32,000 nucleotides of DNA from Candidatus Karelsulcia muelleri PSPU (GTDB lineage: Bacteria; Bacteroidota; Bacteroidia; Flavobacteriales; Blattabacteriaceae): the NCBI RefSeq assembly GCF_000829155.1, contig NZ_AP013293.1, positions 150,001-182,000 of the forward strand, read 5' to 3'. Shown here one piece after another: positions 9,504 through 19,516 of this stretch. The notes below the pieces were generated by a model. The model had not been told where the DNA came from. It saw only the letters and a program-made list of their open reading frames with translations, and did no database searches. Each line of letters opens with the position of its first letter. The stretch's first letter is position 1. The translations under genes were made by a program, and so were the position numbers.

Positions 9504-10808
9504 TTATTTACAAATCATAATTCCACAATTATCTACATTTAGCAATGTAACATTTTTAATTTTATTTACTAATTCTGATTTCCAATTAGTTTTAGTTCTA
9601 ATATAATTATCTGTATATCCATATATAAATCCTGATTTTTTTTTATTTTCAAATAAAACATTTTTTTTTTTATTTATATGTTTTATATAAAAATTATATT
9701 TTTTTTTTTTTGAAAGTTTTCTAAGAATTTTACTACGTTTATACCTGATTTCTTGGGGAATTGAATCTTTCATAAAAAAAGCTTCTGTATTTTTTCTTTC
9801 AGAAAAAGGAAATACATGTAGATAAGAAATATCTAATTCAGACAATAATGAATAAGTTTCTAAAAAATTTTCTTCTTTTTCTCCTGGAAATCCTACTATG
9901 ACATCTGTACCTATACAAGCAGAGGGCATAATATTAAATATTTTTTTTATTCTTTCTAAATAAATTTTTTTAGAATACCTTCTTTTCATTTTATTTAAAA
10001 TTTCATCACTACCAGATTGTAACGGAATATGAAAATGATTAACAAAAATTTTACTTTTAGATATAAAATTAATTATATCATCACTTAATAAATTAGGTTC
10101 AATTGAGGAAATTCTAATCCTTTTTATATCATTAAGATAATACTCCATAGCTTGAATTAATTCTAAAAAATTAGATTTATTTTTTTTATTATATATTTTT
10201 CCAAAATCTCCTATATTAACTCCAGTTAATACTATTTCTTTTATACCTTGTTTAATAATATTTTTAGCATATTTAATAATATTTTTTATATTATCAGATC
10301 TTGATAAACCTCTAGCTTTTGGAATAGTACAGTAACTACATTTATAATCACAACCATCTTGAATTTTTAAAAAAGAACGTGTACGATTTAATTTTGAATA
10401 TGATGGAATAAACATATTATATTCTTTTAAAGAACAAGAATATATATTTGCATTCTTTTTTTTAGAAAAATTCTTTAAATAATTAATTATATTAAATTTT
10501 TCTTTTGATCCAATTATTAAATCTATTCCATTTATTAAGGAAATTTCTTTTGGATTTACTTGTGAATAACAACCTATAGCTACTATAAATCCATTTACAT
10601 TATTTTTTATAGCAATACGTACAAGTTTTTTTAGTTCTTTATCTGCATTTTTTGTTACTGAACATGTATTAATTATGTAAATATCAGCAAAAGACCTAAA
10701 TTTTACATATTCATATCCTTTTTTTAAAAATTTATTTATTATCGTATCTGTTTCGGCAAAATTAAGTTTACATCCTAATGTATAAAAAGCAACTTTATTT
10801 TTTTTCAT
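9504..10808 (-). CDS. mtaB: MiaB-family radical-SAM methylthiotransferase, MtaB-like (tRNA ms2t6A37)
   Basis: 434 aa. The N-terminal [19 protein letters not shown] fits the MtaB-type UPF0004 domain rather than MiaB or RimO. It also has the radical-SAM CDYKCSYC motif and a C-terminal TRAM-like end. Confidence 0.75.
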   Translation of the reverse strand: MKKNKVAFYTLGCKLNFAETDTIINKFLKKGYEYVKFRSFADIYIINTCSVTKNADKELKKLVRIAIKNNVNGFIVAIGCYSQVNPKEISLINGIDLIIGSKEKFNIINYLKNFSKKKNANIYSCSLKEYNMFIPSYSKLNRTRSFLKIQDGCDYKCSYCTIPKARGLSRSDNIKNIIKYAKNIIKQGIKEIVLTGVNIGDFGKIYNKKNKSNFLELIQAMEYYLNDIKRIRISSIEPNLLSDDIINFISKSKIFVNHFHIPLQSGSDEILNKMKRRYSKKIYLERIKKIFNIMPSACIGTDVIVGFPGEKEENFLETYSLLSELDISYLHVFPFSERKNTEAFFMKDSIPQEIRYKRSKILRKLSKKKKYNFYIKHINKKKNVLFENKKKSGFIYGYTDNYIRTKTNWKSELVNKIKNVTLLNVDNCGIMICK

Positions 10809-13800
10809 TTAAATGTTAATTTTTTTTTTATAAAAAAGTAATCATTAATTTTACAATTAAATAAAAATTGTATAGAAGATTTATTTATATTTTTAAGAAG
10901 CTTATTGAATTTTTCAAAAGCTTTATATTTAAATACTAATATTGGCTTTTTCTGTTCATAAACTGAATATTGTGAAAATTTTATTAAATTTTCCATATAT
11001 TTAAGATGATGTTTACATTTTTCATCTATAAAATAAATAATTATTTTTTTTTCAAGTTTATTTATTACTTTATAATAGTTCTTTTCTTTTAAAGAAAGTT
11101 TAATTATAAAATTTTTAATTTTTAAATTTATAAAATTTGGGTTACAACTAAATTTTATAAATGATCTTATATATTTAATTTTTTTTATTATTTTATGTTT
11201 TATAAAATTATAATAATTAATTATATCATAATATATTTTTTTTTTAAAATCTTCTTTATTATAAGAATAATAAAATTTTTTTTTAATAATATTAAAATTA
11301 AAAATTTTTAATAATTCATTTTCAAATACTTTAAAATCATTTTTACTATCAGATATAATTTGATCAATTAGATTATAAATCATATGTGATATGAATATAC
11401 TTGATATATTTATATCTAATGCATTTTTCCTAAATTTATATAGAAATTTTCTTTGTTCATTTATTACATCATCATATTCTAACAAACGTTTTCTAATACT
11501 AAAGTTATTGGCTTCTATTTTTTTTTGAGCAAGTTCTATAGAATTACTAATTAATGGCCCTGTTATATACTCTCCTTTTTTATGACCTAATTTATCAAGT
11601 AGTTTGGATATACGGTCTAATCCAAAAATCCGCATTAGATCATCTTCCAATGATAAATAAAATTGAGAACTACCAGGATCTCCTTGACGCCCAGAACGAC
11701 CTATTAATTGTCTATCTATTCGTCTTGAATAATGTTTTTCAGTACCTATTATTGCCAATCCTCCTAATTTTTTTACCTCATCAGATATTTTTATATCAGT
11801 TCCTCTACCCGCCATATTAGTTGCAATCGTTACTATTCCAGATAGTCCAGCTGCTTCAATTATATCGGCTTCTTTTTTATAATATTTTGCATTTAAAACA
11901 TTATTATAAATTTTACTAATGTTTAATGACCTACTTATAAGTTCAGATACCTCAACAGAAGTTGTTCCAACTAATACAGGTCTTTTTTCATTTTTTGATA
12001 AAAAAATAACTTTATTTATAATTGCATTATATTTTTCTTTTTTAGTTTTAAAAATAAAATCTTCATAATTTTTTCTTATTACTGGTTTATTTGTAGGAAT
12101 AATGACTACGTCAAGATTATAAATTTTAAAAAATTCTTCTTCTTCTGTTGAAGCGGTACCCGTCATACCTGATAGTTTTTTATACATTCTAAAATAATTT
12201 TGCAATGTAATAGTCGCTAATGGTTGGCTATAATTTTCTATATTTACATTTTCTTTAGCTTCTAATGCTTGATGTAAACCATCTGAATAACGTTTTTCTT
12301 CTATAATTCTACCTGTTTGTTCATCTACTATTTTAACTTTATTATCTATTACTAGATAATGTATATTTTTTTCAAATAATGTGTAAGCTTTCATTAATTG
12401 ATTTACAGTATGTATTTTATCTGATTTTTTATAAAAATTAATTAATTTTTTTCTTTTTAAAAAATTTTTTTCTTCTATAGAAATGTTTTCCATTTCTATA
12501 TAAATAAATTGTTTTTGTATATCAGGAAGTCTAAAAAAATTAGTATCATTTATTTCATTAGAAATAAAATTCATTCCTTTTTCTGATAATTCTACAGTAT
12601 TATTTTTTTCATTTATAACAAAATATAAATCTGAATCAACTATAAACATATTTTTATTATTATCTTGCATATAATAATATTCTGTATTTTCTAAAATTTT
12701 ACGTATTTTTTTTTCTCCTAAAAACTTAATAAGAGGTTTATATTTTGGTAAACCTCTATAAACTTTAAAAAGATTTAATCCACCTTCTTTTTTATTTCCT
12801 GAATTGATTAACTTACGAGCTAAATTAAAAATTTTATTTAAAAAAAGAAGTTGTTTATTAAAAATTTTTTCTACTATATATTTAAATATATAAAAATAAT
12901 TAAAATTTTGGTCATTAACGGGACCAGATATTATGAATGGCGTACGTGCTTCATCTATTAAGACAGAATCGACTTCATCTATTATGGCATAATTTAATTT
13001 TTTTTGTATTAATTTTTTAAAAGAATTAACCATATTATCACGTAAATAATCAAATACAAATTCATTATTTGTCCCATATGTAACATCTGCTTCATATGCT
13101 TTACGACGGAAATATGAATTATTTTTATATATATCTATACAATCTACAGTTAAACCATGAAATTCCATAAGAGGAGCCATCCATTCACTATCACGTTTAG
13201 CTAAATATTCATTTACAGTTACTACATGAACTCCTTTTCCAGTAAGAGCATTCAAATAAATAGGTAAAGTAGCTACTAAAGTTTTACCTTCACCAGTATA
13301 CATTTCGGCTATTTTACCTTGATGTAATACAACCCCTCCCATTAACTGTACATCATAATGTATCATATTCCATATGACGGGTTTCCCCATAGAACTCCAT
13401 TTATTTTTCCAAATAGTTTTTCCCCCTTCTATCTTTAGATAAGATCTACTTTTAATTAGTAGATAATCTAGTTTATTAGAATTAACTATTATTTCTTTAT
13501 TTTCTTTAAATCTTTTAGCAGTTTCTTTTACTACTGCAAATGCTTCAGGAAGTAATTCTACTAAAATTTTTTCTTCTTCTTTATAAATTTTTTTTTTAAT
13601 TTTATAGATTTTTTTTAAAAAAAATCCTTTTTCATTTATTTCTTCAATAGAAAGATATTGATCCTTTTTATAACTTAACTTTTTTTGTAAGTTATCTATT
13701 TCTTTATAAAAAAATTTTGTTTTTTCTTTTATTTTTGATTTGAAAATCAAAGTTTGATTTCTTAATTCATCATTTGAATAGAAATTTATTTTTTTTTCAA

Positions 13801-13897
13801 AAAATTTAATATTTTTTAAAAAAAAAATAAGATTTTTCATATCTTTTTTGTTTTTTTTTAAAAAAAAAAACTCAATAAGTTTATTGAAACTATTCAT
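10805..13897 (-). CDS. secA: preprotein translocase ATPase SecA
   Basis: 1030 aa with [14 protein letters not shown] (Walker A), [31 protein letters not shown] and [15 protein letters not shown]...[11 protein letters not shown] (helical scaffold). The TGA stop overlaps the mtaB start (ATGA). Confidence 0.95.
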   Translation of the reverse strand: MNSFNKLIEFFFLKKNKKDMKNLIFFLKNIKFFEKKINFYSNDELRNQTLIFKSKIKEKTKFFYKEIDNLQKKLSYKKDQYLSIEEINEKGFFLKKIYKIKKKIYKEEEKILVELLPEAFAVVKETAKRFKENKEIIVNSNKLDYLLIKSRSYLKIEGGKTIWKNKWSSMGKPVIWNMIHYDVQLMGGVVLHQGKIAEMYTGEGKTLVATLPIYLNALTGKGVHVVTVNEYLAKRDSEWMAPLMEFHGLTVDCIDIYKNNSYFRRKAYEADVTYGTNNEFVFDYLRDNMVNSFKKLIQKKLNYAIIDEVDSVLIDEARTPFIISGPVNDQNFNYFYIFKYIVEKIFNKQLLFLNKIFNLARKLINSGNKKEGGLNLFKVYRGLPKYKPLIKFLGEKKIRKILENTEYYYMQDNNKNMFIVDSDLYFVINEKNNTVELSEKGMNFISNEINDTNFFRLPDIQKQFIYIEMENISIEEKNFLKRKKLINFYKKSDKIHTVNQLMKAYTLFEKNIHYLVIDNKVKIVDEQTGRIIEEKRYSDGLHQALEAKENVNIENYSQPLATITLQNYFRMYKKLSGMTGTASTEEEEFFKIYNLDVVIIPTNKPVIRKNYEDFIFKTKKEKYNAIINKVIFLSKNEKRPVLVGTTSVEVSELISRSLNISKIYNNVLNAKYYKKEADIIEAAGLSGIVTIATNMAGRGTDIKISDEVKKLGGLAIIGTEKHYSRRIDRQLIGRSGRQGDPGSSQFYLSLEDDLMRIFGLDRISKLLDKLGHKKGEYITGPLISNSIELAQKKIEANNFSIRKRLLEYDDVINEQRKFLYKFRKNALDINISSIFISHMIYNLIDQIISDSKNDFKVFENELLKIFNFNIIKKKFYYSYNKEDFKKKIYYDIINYYNFIKHKIIKKIKYIRSFIKFSCNPNFINLKIKNFIIKLSLKEKNYYKVINKLEKKIIIYFIDEKCKHHLKYMENLIKFSQYSVYEQKKPILVFKYKAFEKFNKLLKNINKSSIQFLFNCKINDYFFIKKKLTFK

Positions 13898-13904
13898 TTT
13901 ATAT

Positions 13905-13939
13905 ATTAGATTAGATTATATTATATTATATTATATTTA
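13905..13939. repeat. period-5 tandem repeat (ATTAG)2(ATTAT)4ATTTA in the secA/rplS divergent spacer
   Basis: Read directly from the sequence: attag attag attat attat attat attat attta. An A11 run (13939-13949) follows and ends in the A of the rplS ATG. Confidence 0.7.
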
Positions 13940-13948
13940 AAAAAAAAA

Positions 13949-14284
13949 ATGAATAATATTATAAATTATGTTTATAACAAATATATAAAGACAAAAAAGA
14001 AATTAGATATTTTAAAATTAAATTCTGGAGATAATATAACAGTTCATTATGAAATAATTGAAGGAGAAAAAAATAGAATACAATTATTTAAAGGAATAAT
14101 AATTAAAATTAAAGGATATACTTTTACTGTCCGTAAAATTAGTGGAGAAATAGGTGTAGAAAAAATATTTAATATTCATCAAACTTCAATAAAAAAAATA
14201 TATATAAATCAAAAAGGTAAAGTACGTAGATCTAAAATTTATTATTTTAGAAAATTAAAAGGAAAAAAAGCTAAAATTAAATAA
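13949..14284 (+). CDS. rplS: 50S ribosomal protein L19
   Basis: 111 aa. GDNITVHYEIIEGEKNRIQLFKGIII...FTVRKISGEIGVEKIFNIHQTSIKKI...KVRRSKIYYFR matches the L19 core. Confidence 0.93.
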   Translation: MNNIINYVYNKYIKTKKKLDILKLNSGDNITVHYEIIEGEKNRIQLFKGIIIKIKGYTFTVRKISGEIGVEKIFNIHQTSIKKIYINQKGKVRRSKIYYFRKLKGKKAKIK

Positions 14285-14293
14285 AAATTATTT

Positions 14294-14641
14294 ATGTCAT
14301 TAAAAATAACAGAAGAATGTATTAATTGTGGTGCTTGTGAACCAGAATGTCCTAATAATGCTATTTATGAAGGATCTAAAGAATGGACTATTTCAGATGG
14401 TACAAAAATAAAAGGTTTTATTATTAATAAATTAGGAATTAAAATAGATGTTAATTTTTTACAAAAACCTAAAAAATATGATTATTATTTTATAGTTTAC
14501 GAAAAATGTACAGAATGTTTAGGATTTTATGATGAACCTCAATGTGCCTCTGTATGTCCAGTAGATTGTTGTATATTAGATGAATCTAATATAGAATCTA
14601 AGGAAGAACTTTTAAAAAAAAAAAAAATATTACATACATAA
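14294..14641 (+). CDS. 4Fe-4S dicluster ferredoxin
   Basis: 115 aa with two cluster motifs: CINCGACEPECP, and CTEC...PQCASVCPVDCC (CxxC, then a longer spacer, then CxxxCP). Confidence 0.85.
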   Translation: MSLKITEECINCGACEPECPNNAIYEGSKEWTISDGTKIKGFIINKLGIKIDVNFLQKPKKYDYYFIVYEKCTECLGFYDEPQCASVCPVDCCILDESNIESKEELLKKKKILHT

Positions 14642-14644
14642 AAA

Positions 14645-16138
14645 ATGGAAAAAAATTATAAAAAATTAAAATTTATTATTTCACATGCAAAATATTACGG
14701 TTTTATATTTCCGTCTAGTGAAATATATGATGGATTAAAAGCTGTTTATGATTATGGCCAATATGGTATTTTATTAAAAAATAATATTAAAGAATATTGG
14801 TGGAAATCAATGACCCAATTACATGAAAATATAGTTGGTATAGAATCAAGTATATTGATGCATAATAAAATTTGGAAAGCTTCTGGACATATAGATGAAT
14901 TTAATGATATATTATTATATAATGAAAATACAAAAAAAAATTATCGTATTGATTTATTAATAGAAGATTTTTTAGAAAAAATTAATAATTATAAGAATAT
15001 ATTATTTTATAATAAAAAAATAATTTATAATATAAATTATATAAAAAAAAAATTTAAAAAAAAATTATTTTATTATATATATGAATGTTTCAATAAAAAC
15101 AAAATTTTAGATATAAAATCATTAATAAATAAATTAAATATATATGAGCCCAATAGTGGTTATAAAATTTATAAAATAAATCTTATGTTTATTGTATATC
15201 TAAAAAATTTAGATAATAATAAAAAACTTTATTTAAGACCAGAAACCGCTCAAGGTAGTTTTATAAATTTTTTAAATGTAAAAAAAACAAGTAAAATTAA
15301 TATTCCTTTTGGAATTTCCCAAATAGGAAAAGTATTTAGAAATGAAATAATAGCTAGACAGTTTCTTTTTAGAATGAGAGAATTTGAACAAATGGAAATG
15401 CAATTTTTCTTTTGTCCTGGTGAAGAAGAAAAATGGTATTATTACTGGAAAGAATATAGGTTAAAATGGCATTTATCTTTAGGAATAAAAAAAGATAATT
15501 ATCGTTTTTATAATCATGATAAACTTGCACATTATTCTAAAGATGCTTGTGATATTCAATTTAAATTTCCTTTTGGATTTAAAGAATTAGAAGGAATTCA
15601 TTCACGTACAGATTTTGATATGAAAAATCATGAAAAATTTTCTAAAAAAAAATTAAGATATTTTGATTTTAAAAAAAATAGAAGTTATATACCTTATATT
15701 ATAGAGACCTCTATTGGTTTAGATCGTATGTTTTTAGCTATATTTTCTTCTTGTTTAAAAGAAGAAAAAATTAAAAATGATATTAATCATAAACGTATAG
15801 TATTTAAAATACCTTATATACTATCTCCTATAAAAGTAGCAATATTACCTTTAGTTAAAAAAAATGAATTAACTTTTATAGGTAAAAAAATATTTAAAAA
15901 ATTTAAATTATATTATTCATTAGTTTATGATGAAAAAGATTCAATAGGAAAAAGATATAGAAGACAAGATTCTATAGGAACTCCTATTTGTATAACAATA
16001 GATTATGATAGCCTCAATGATAATTGTGTTACAATTAGATATAGAGATAGCATGAATCAAAAAAGAATACCAATATTAAAAATAAAAAAAAATATTGAAA
16101 AATCAATAAATATTAAAAATATATTAAATTATATTTAA
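14645..16138 (+). CDS. glyQS: glycyl-tRNA synthetase (dimeric alpha2 class II type)
   Basis: 497 aa with YYGFIFPSSEIYDGLKAVYDYGQYG, LRPETAQG, FRNEIIARQFLFRMREFEQMEMQFF and ETSIGLDRMFLAI. Confidence 0.93.
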   Translation: MEKNYKKLKFIISHAKYYGFIFPSSEIYDGLKAVYDYGQYGILLKNNIKEYWWKSMTQLHENIVGIESSILMHNKIWKASGHIDEFNDILLYNENTKKNYRIDLLIEDFLEKINNYKNILFYNKKIIYNINYIKKKFKKKLFYYIYECFNKNKILDIKSLINKLNIYEPNSGYKIYKINLMFIVYLKNLDNNKKLYLRPETAQGSFINFLNVKKTSKINIPFGISQIGKVFRNEIIARQFLFRMREFEQMEMQFFFCPGEEEKWYYYWKEYRLKWHLSLGIKKDNYRFYNHDKLAHYSKDACDIQFKFPFGFKELEGIHSRTDFDMKNHEKFSKKKLRYFDFKKNRSYIPYIIETSIGLDRMFLAIFSSCLKEEKIKNDINHKRIVFKIPYILSPIKVAILPLVKKNELTFIGKKIFKKFKLYYSLVYDEKDSIGKRYRRQDSIGTPICITIDYDSLNDNCVTIRYRDSMNQKRIPILKIKKNIEKSINIKNILNYI

Positions 16139-16140
16139 AA

Positions 16141-16248
16141 TTGTACAAAAGTTTTATAATTTTATTTAGCACGGAATATTGTTTTACTTGTAAAAAATAT
16201 AACGCGAAAGAAGCCTTAAAAATGGGGTTAATTAATAAATCTCCTTAG
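16141..16248 (+). pseudogene. menB: relic of naphthoate synthase (menB) or another crotonase-family gene
   Basis: The spacer translates in frame 1 as LYKSFIILFSTEYCFTCKKYNAKEALKMGLINKSP*. EYCFTCKKYNAKEALKMGLIN aligns without gaps to the MenB segment I recall from E. coli, [21 protein letters not shown]. Only about 35 codons remain and there is no start codon. It lies 17 nt upstream of menA. Confidence 0.55.
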
Positions 16249-16265
16249 ATTTTAAAAATCTAATT

Positions 16266-17165
16266 ATGTTAGAATTTTATAATTGGATTTATGCTTTTAG
16301 GTTAAATACATTACCTTTGTCTTTATCTGGGATAATATTAAGTTCTTTTATATCTTATTCAGAAAAAGGAATATTTAATGTTCATATTTTTATATGGTCA
16401 TCATTAACTTCTATATTTCTTCAAATATTATCTAATATTGCAAATGATTATGGTGATGGAATAAAAGGTACAGATAATATATACAGGATTGGTCCTAAAA
16501 GAACCATACAATCATGTATGATTTCTAAAAAAAAAATTAGAATAGCATTGATAATATTTAGTGTATTATCATTTATATCAAATATAATATTATTATTTGA
16601 TTATTTTAAAAAAAAAAATTACTATATTATTATTGTCATTTTAATATGTATTTTATCTGCGATAAAATATACAATTGGTTATCATCCATATGGATATAAA
16701 GGGTTAGGCGATTTATCTGTATTAATATTCTTTGGTTTCATTTCTTTAGAAGGAAATTATTATTTATATAATAATCATTTAAATATTAAATTATTATTAT
16801 TATGTTTTTCTTTAGGATTTTTAACGGTATCAGTACTTAATATTAATAATATGAGGGATATTGATAATGATAAAAAAAATAAAAAATATACTATTCCAGT
16901 AAGAATAGGACTTAAAAAGTCTAAAATATATCATATCCTATTAATGATAGTTCCTTTTATTTTAAGTATAATATTTGTTATTATAACATATAAAAGTATA
17001 TACCAATATATTTTTATTATATTAATATTACCTACAATAATACATTTAAATAAAATTTATAAAATATCTAATAATAAAGATTTTAATAATGAACTAAAAA
17101 CAGCTGTATATATAAATATATTATATGCATTATTAATGGGTATAGGTTTTATATTAAAAAAATAA
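16266..17165 (+). CDS. menA: 1,4-dihydroxy-2-naphthoate polyprenyltransferase
   Basis: 299-aa polytopic membrane protein. It has the UbiA-family Asp-rich motifs NIANDYGDGIKGTD and NNMRDIDNDKK and the MenA-like N-terminus WIYAFRLNTLPLSLSG. Confidence 0.88.
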   Translation: MLEFYNWIYAFRLNTLPLSLSGIILSSFISYSEKGIFNVHIFIWSSLTSIFLQILSNIANDYGDGIKGTDNIYRIGPKRTIQSCMISKKKIRIALIIFSVLSFISNIILLFDYFKKKNYYIIIVILICILSAIKYTIGYHPYGYKGLGDLSVLIFFGFISLEGNYYLYNNHLNIKLLLLCFSLGFLTVSVLNINNMRDIDNDKKNKKYTIPVRIGLKKSKIYHILLMIVPFILSIIFVIITYKSIYQYIFIILILPTIIHLNKIYKISNNKDFNNELKTAVYINILYALLMGIGFILKK

Positions 17166-17258
17166 TTAATAAGCCTATACAAACTAATGATATAGTTAAT
17201 ATATGATAATTATTTTTCATATATATGATTATATTATTAATGGTATAAAAATCTTCTT

Positions 17259-18566
17259 TTAAAGAAAATTATTACTTAATAACCAATTTTTGAAAATTTC
17301 ATACTTATTACTTAAGTGTATACTTTTTTTATTTTTTTTTATAAGTTTTATTACTTTTTTATCTAAAAAGATTTTATCAGATAAATCCTCAGTAATTTTA
17401 TCTAAAAATTTCACTGGAGCGGCTGTTGATAAAAAAATATTATTAAAATAATTATTTTTATAATTTTTAATTAATTTAATTAAACCTAAAAATCCAATTG
17501 CTCCATGTGGATCCATCATATATTTATAATTATTCCAAATATATTTAATAATATCAATTGTTTCTTTATCCGTAAAAGAATATGCAGATACAATTGTTTT
17601 TAGGTTATTTATTGTTTTAAACATATACATTATACGACTAAAATTACTTGGATCAGATATATCCATAGCATTAGAAATTGTTTCTTGTGAAGGATATGGG
17701 TTATAAATTCCTGTTTTTAATAATCTAGGAATTGTGTCATTTATATTTGTAGCTGCAATAAAATGTTTTATAGGTAACCCCATTTTAAATGCTATTAATC
17801 CTGCACATATATTTCCATAATTTCCACTAGGAATAGAAAAAACAAGTTTATTATTGGAATGTAATAGTTTATAACACATAAAATAATAAAATATTTGAGA
17901 AAGTAAACGTGCAATATTTATAGAATTTGCTGATGTTAAAAATAATTTTTCACGTATTTGTTCGTCGTAAAAAGCTTGTTTTACCAAAATTTGGCAATCA
18001 TCAAAATTTCCTTTTATTTCTAAAGCTAGAATATTATCTCCTAATGTTGTTATCTGTTTTTCTTGTAAAATACTTATTTTAGAAGAAGGATATAATATTA
18101 CTACTTTTACACCATCAATTTTATGAAAAGCATGAGCTACCGCAGCTCCTGTATCCCCAGAAGTAGCAGTAAGTATTATAATATTTTTATTCAAATTTTT
18201 CCTAAAATATTTTATACATCCTGACAAAAATTTTACTCCTATATCTTTAAAAGCCAGAGTAGGTCCTAAAAATAACTCTAATGAAAAAATATTATTATAA
18301 ATATTATTTATATTTATTTTAAAATTTAATGTATTAGATATAATATTTAATAATTCTTTATATGGAATTTCATTTCCAATGAATGGTTGGATTACTTCCA
18401 GAATTAAATCGTTTACATCATAATTTGATATATTTTTAATTATTTTTTTTTCTAATAAAGGTATATTTTCAGGAAAATACAAACCTTTTTCTGGACTTTG
18501 TCCAGTTAAAACAGCTTCCTTAAAAGAAACTTTATATTTATAATTTTTTAAACTTTTATACAGCAT
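17259..18566 (-). CDS. thrC: threonine synthase
   Basis: 435 aa with the PLP-Lys context GPTLAFKDIG and TATSGDTGAAVAHAF. It is the last gene of a thrA-thrB-thrC string. Confidence 0.92.
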   Translation of the reverse strand: MLYKSLKNYKYKVSFKEAVLTGQSPEKGLYFPENIPLLEKKIIKNISNYDVNDLILEVIQPFIGNEIPYKELLNIISNTLNFKININNIYNNIFSLELFLGPTLAFKDIGVKFLSGCIKYFRKNLNKNIIILTATSGDTGAAVAHAFHKIDGVKVVILYPSSKISILQEKQITTLGDNILALEIKGNFDDCQILVKQAFYDEQIREKLFLTSANSINIARLLSQIFYYFMCYKLLHSNNKLVFSIPSGNYGNICAGLIAFKMGLPIKHFIAATNINDTIPRLLKTGIYNPYPSQETISNAMDISDPSNFSRIMYMFKTINNLKTIVSAYSFTDKETIDIIKYIWNNYKYMMDPHGAIGFLGLIKLIKNYKNNYFNNIFLSTAAPVKFLDKITEDLSDKIFLDKKVIKLIKKNKKSIHLSNKYEIFKNWLLSNNFL

Positions 18567-18582
18567 TTATAAAATATTAATT

Positions 18583-19515
18583 TTATATTAATTCATAATA
18601 TACAATTCCAGTTTTATTAATAGAAGAAGTATATATTTTATATTTTAATTCTAATTTAGAATAAATTTTTTTCATCACATTAGTTACTAATTCTGCTTTT
18701 TTTTTCCCATTACTTAACATAAAGACAGAAGGTCCAGAACCAGAAATTCCTCCTCCTAATGCACCTATTGATTTACAATTTATTTTTAATTCATTAAAAG
18801 CTGGTATTAATATAGCACGTATAGGTTCTATAATAACATCTTCTAATGATCTACTTATAATATCATAATCTTCTTTATATAATCCTGCTATTAAAGCACC
18901 TAAATTCCCCCATTGTTTTATAGCATCGTTCATTAATATTTTATGTTTTAATATTTTTCTTGCATCAGATGTTTTTATTTCTATTTCTGGATGTAGAATA
19001 CTTATCCAAATATTATCTGGTGAACGCAAAGAAATTATATCTAAAGGTTTATAACTTCTAATTAATGTTATTCCTCCAATAATAGCTGGAGCAACATTAT
19101 CTGCATGAGGAACACCTCCAGCTAATCTTTCACCTTCCATAGCAAATTGAATTAATTCAATTTTATTAAAAGGATTTCCTAATAAATAGTTAGCTCCTAC
19201 TACAATTCCTGCTGCACTAGCTGCACTAGAACCTATCCCACTTCCAGGTTTAATTTTTTTATATATTTCTATATCAAATCCTATATTTGATTTTTTATAT
19301 TTATTTAATAAAGCTTGTAATGCAATACTAATTACATTTTTGTTTTTATTTTTAGATAATTTAGCTCCAAAAATTTTTTTTATTTTTATTCCAGGTATAT
19401 TTGTTATTTTAATTATGATTTCATCATTAGGTATATTTACAGCTAAACCTAAAACATCAAATCCACAAACTATATTTGCTATAGTAGCAGGAGCAATTAC
19501 TTTGATTATCTTCAT
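18583..19515 (-). CDS. thrB: homoserine kinase
   Basis: 310 aa with the GHMP-kinase motif KPGSGIGSSAASAAG and N-terminal APATIANIVCGFDVLG. Confidence 0.92.
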   Translation of the reverse strand: MKIIKVIAPATIANIVCGFDVLGLAVNIPNDEIIIKITNIPGIKIKKIFGAKLSKNKNKNVISIALQALLNKYKKSNIGFDIEIYKKIKPGSGIGSSAASAAGIVVGANYLLGNPFNKIELIQFAMEGERLAGGVPHADNVAPAIIGGITLIRSYKPLDIISLRSPDNIWISILHPEIEIKTSDARKILKHKILMNDAIKQWGNLGALIAGLYKEDYDIISRSLEDVIIEPIRAILIPAFNELKINCKSIGALGGGISGSGPSVFMLSNGKKKAELVTNVMKKIYSKLELKYKIYTSSINKTGIVYYELI

Positions 19516-19516
19516 T

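Noticed and set aside
11554-11820. An 88-aa plus-strand ORF antisense to secA.
   Set aside because: It sits opposite the conserved motor-domain segment ([10 protein letters not shown] region) of secA. It is a shadow ORF with no family resemblance.
16139-16265. A small structured RNA (for example SRP RNA or a riboswitch), suggested by the G/C-containing words in the glyQS-menA spacer.
   Set aside because: No SRP, tmRNA or riboswitch consensus elements are recognisable. The G/C-containing words are better explained as surviving codons of a menB relic.
17149-17220. A 23-codon hydrophobic minus-strand ORF (MKNNYHILTISLVCIGLLIIFLI*) in the menA/thrC convergent spacer.
   Set aside because: It is too short to distinguish from chance, overlaps the menA 3' end, has no supporting context or recognisable family, and lies downstream of the thrC stop with no obvious function.
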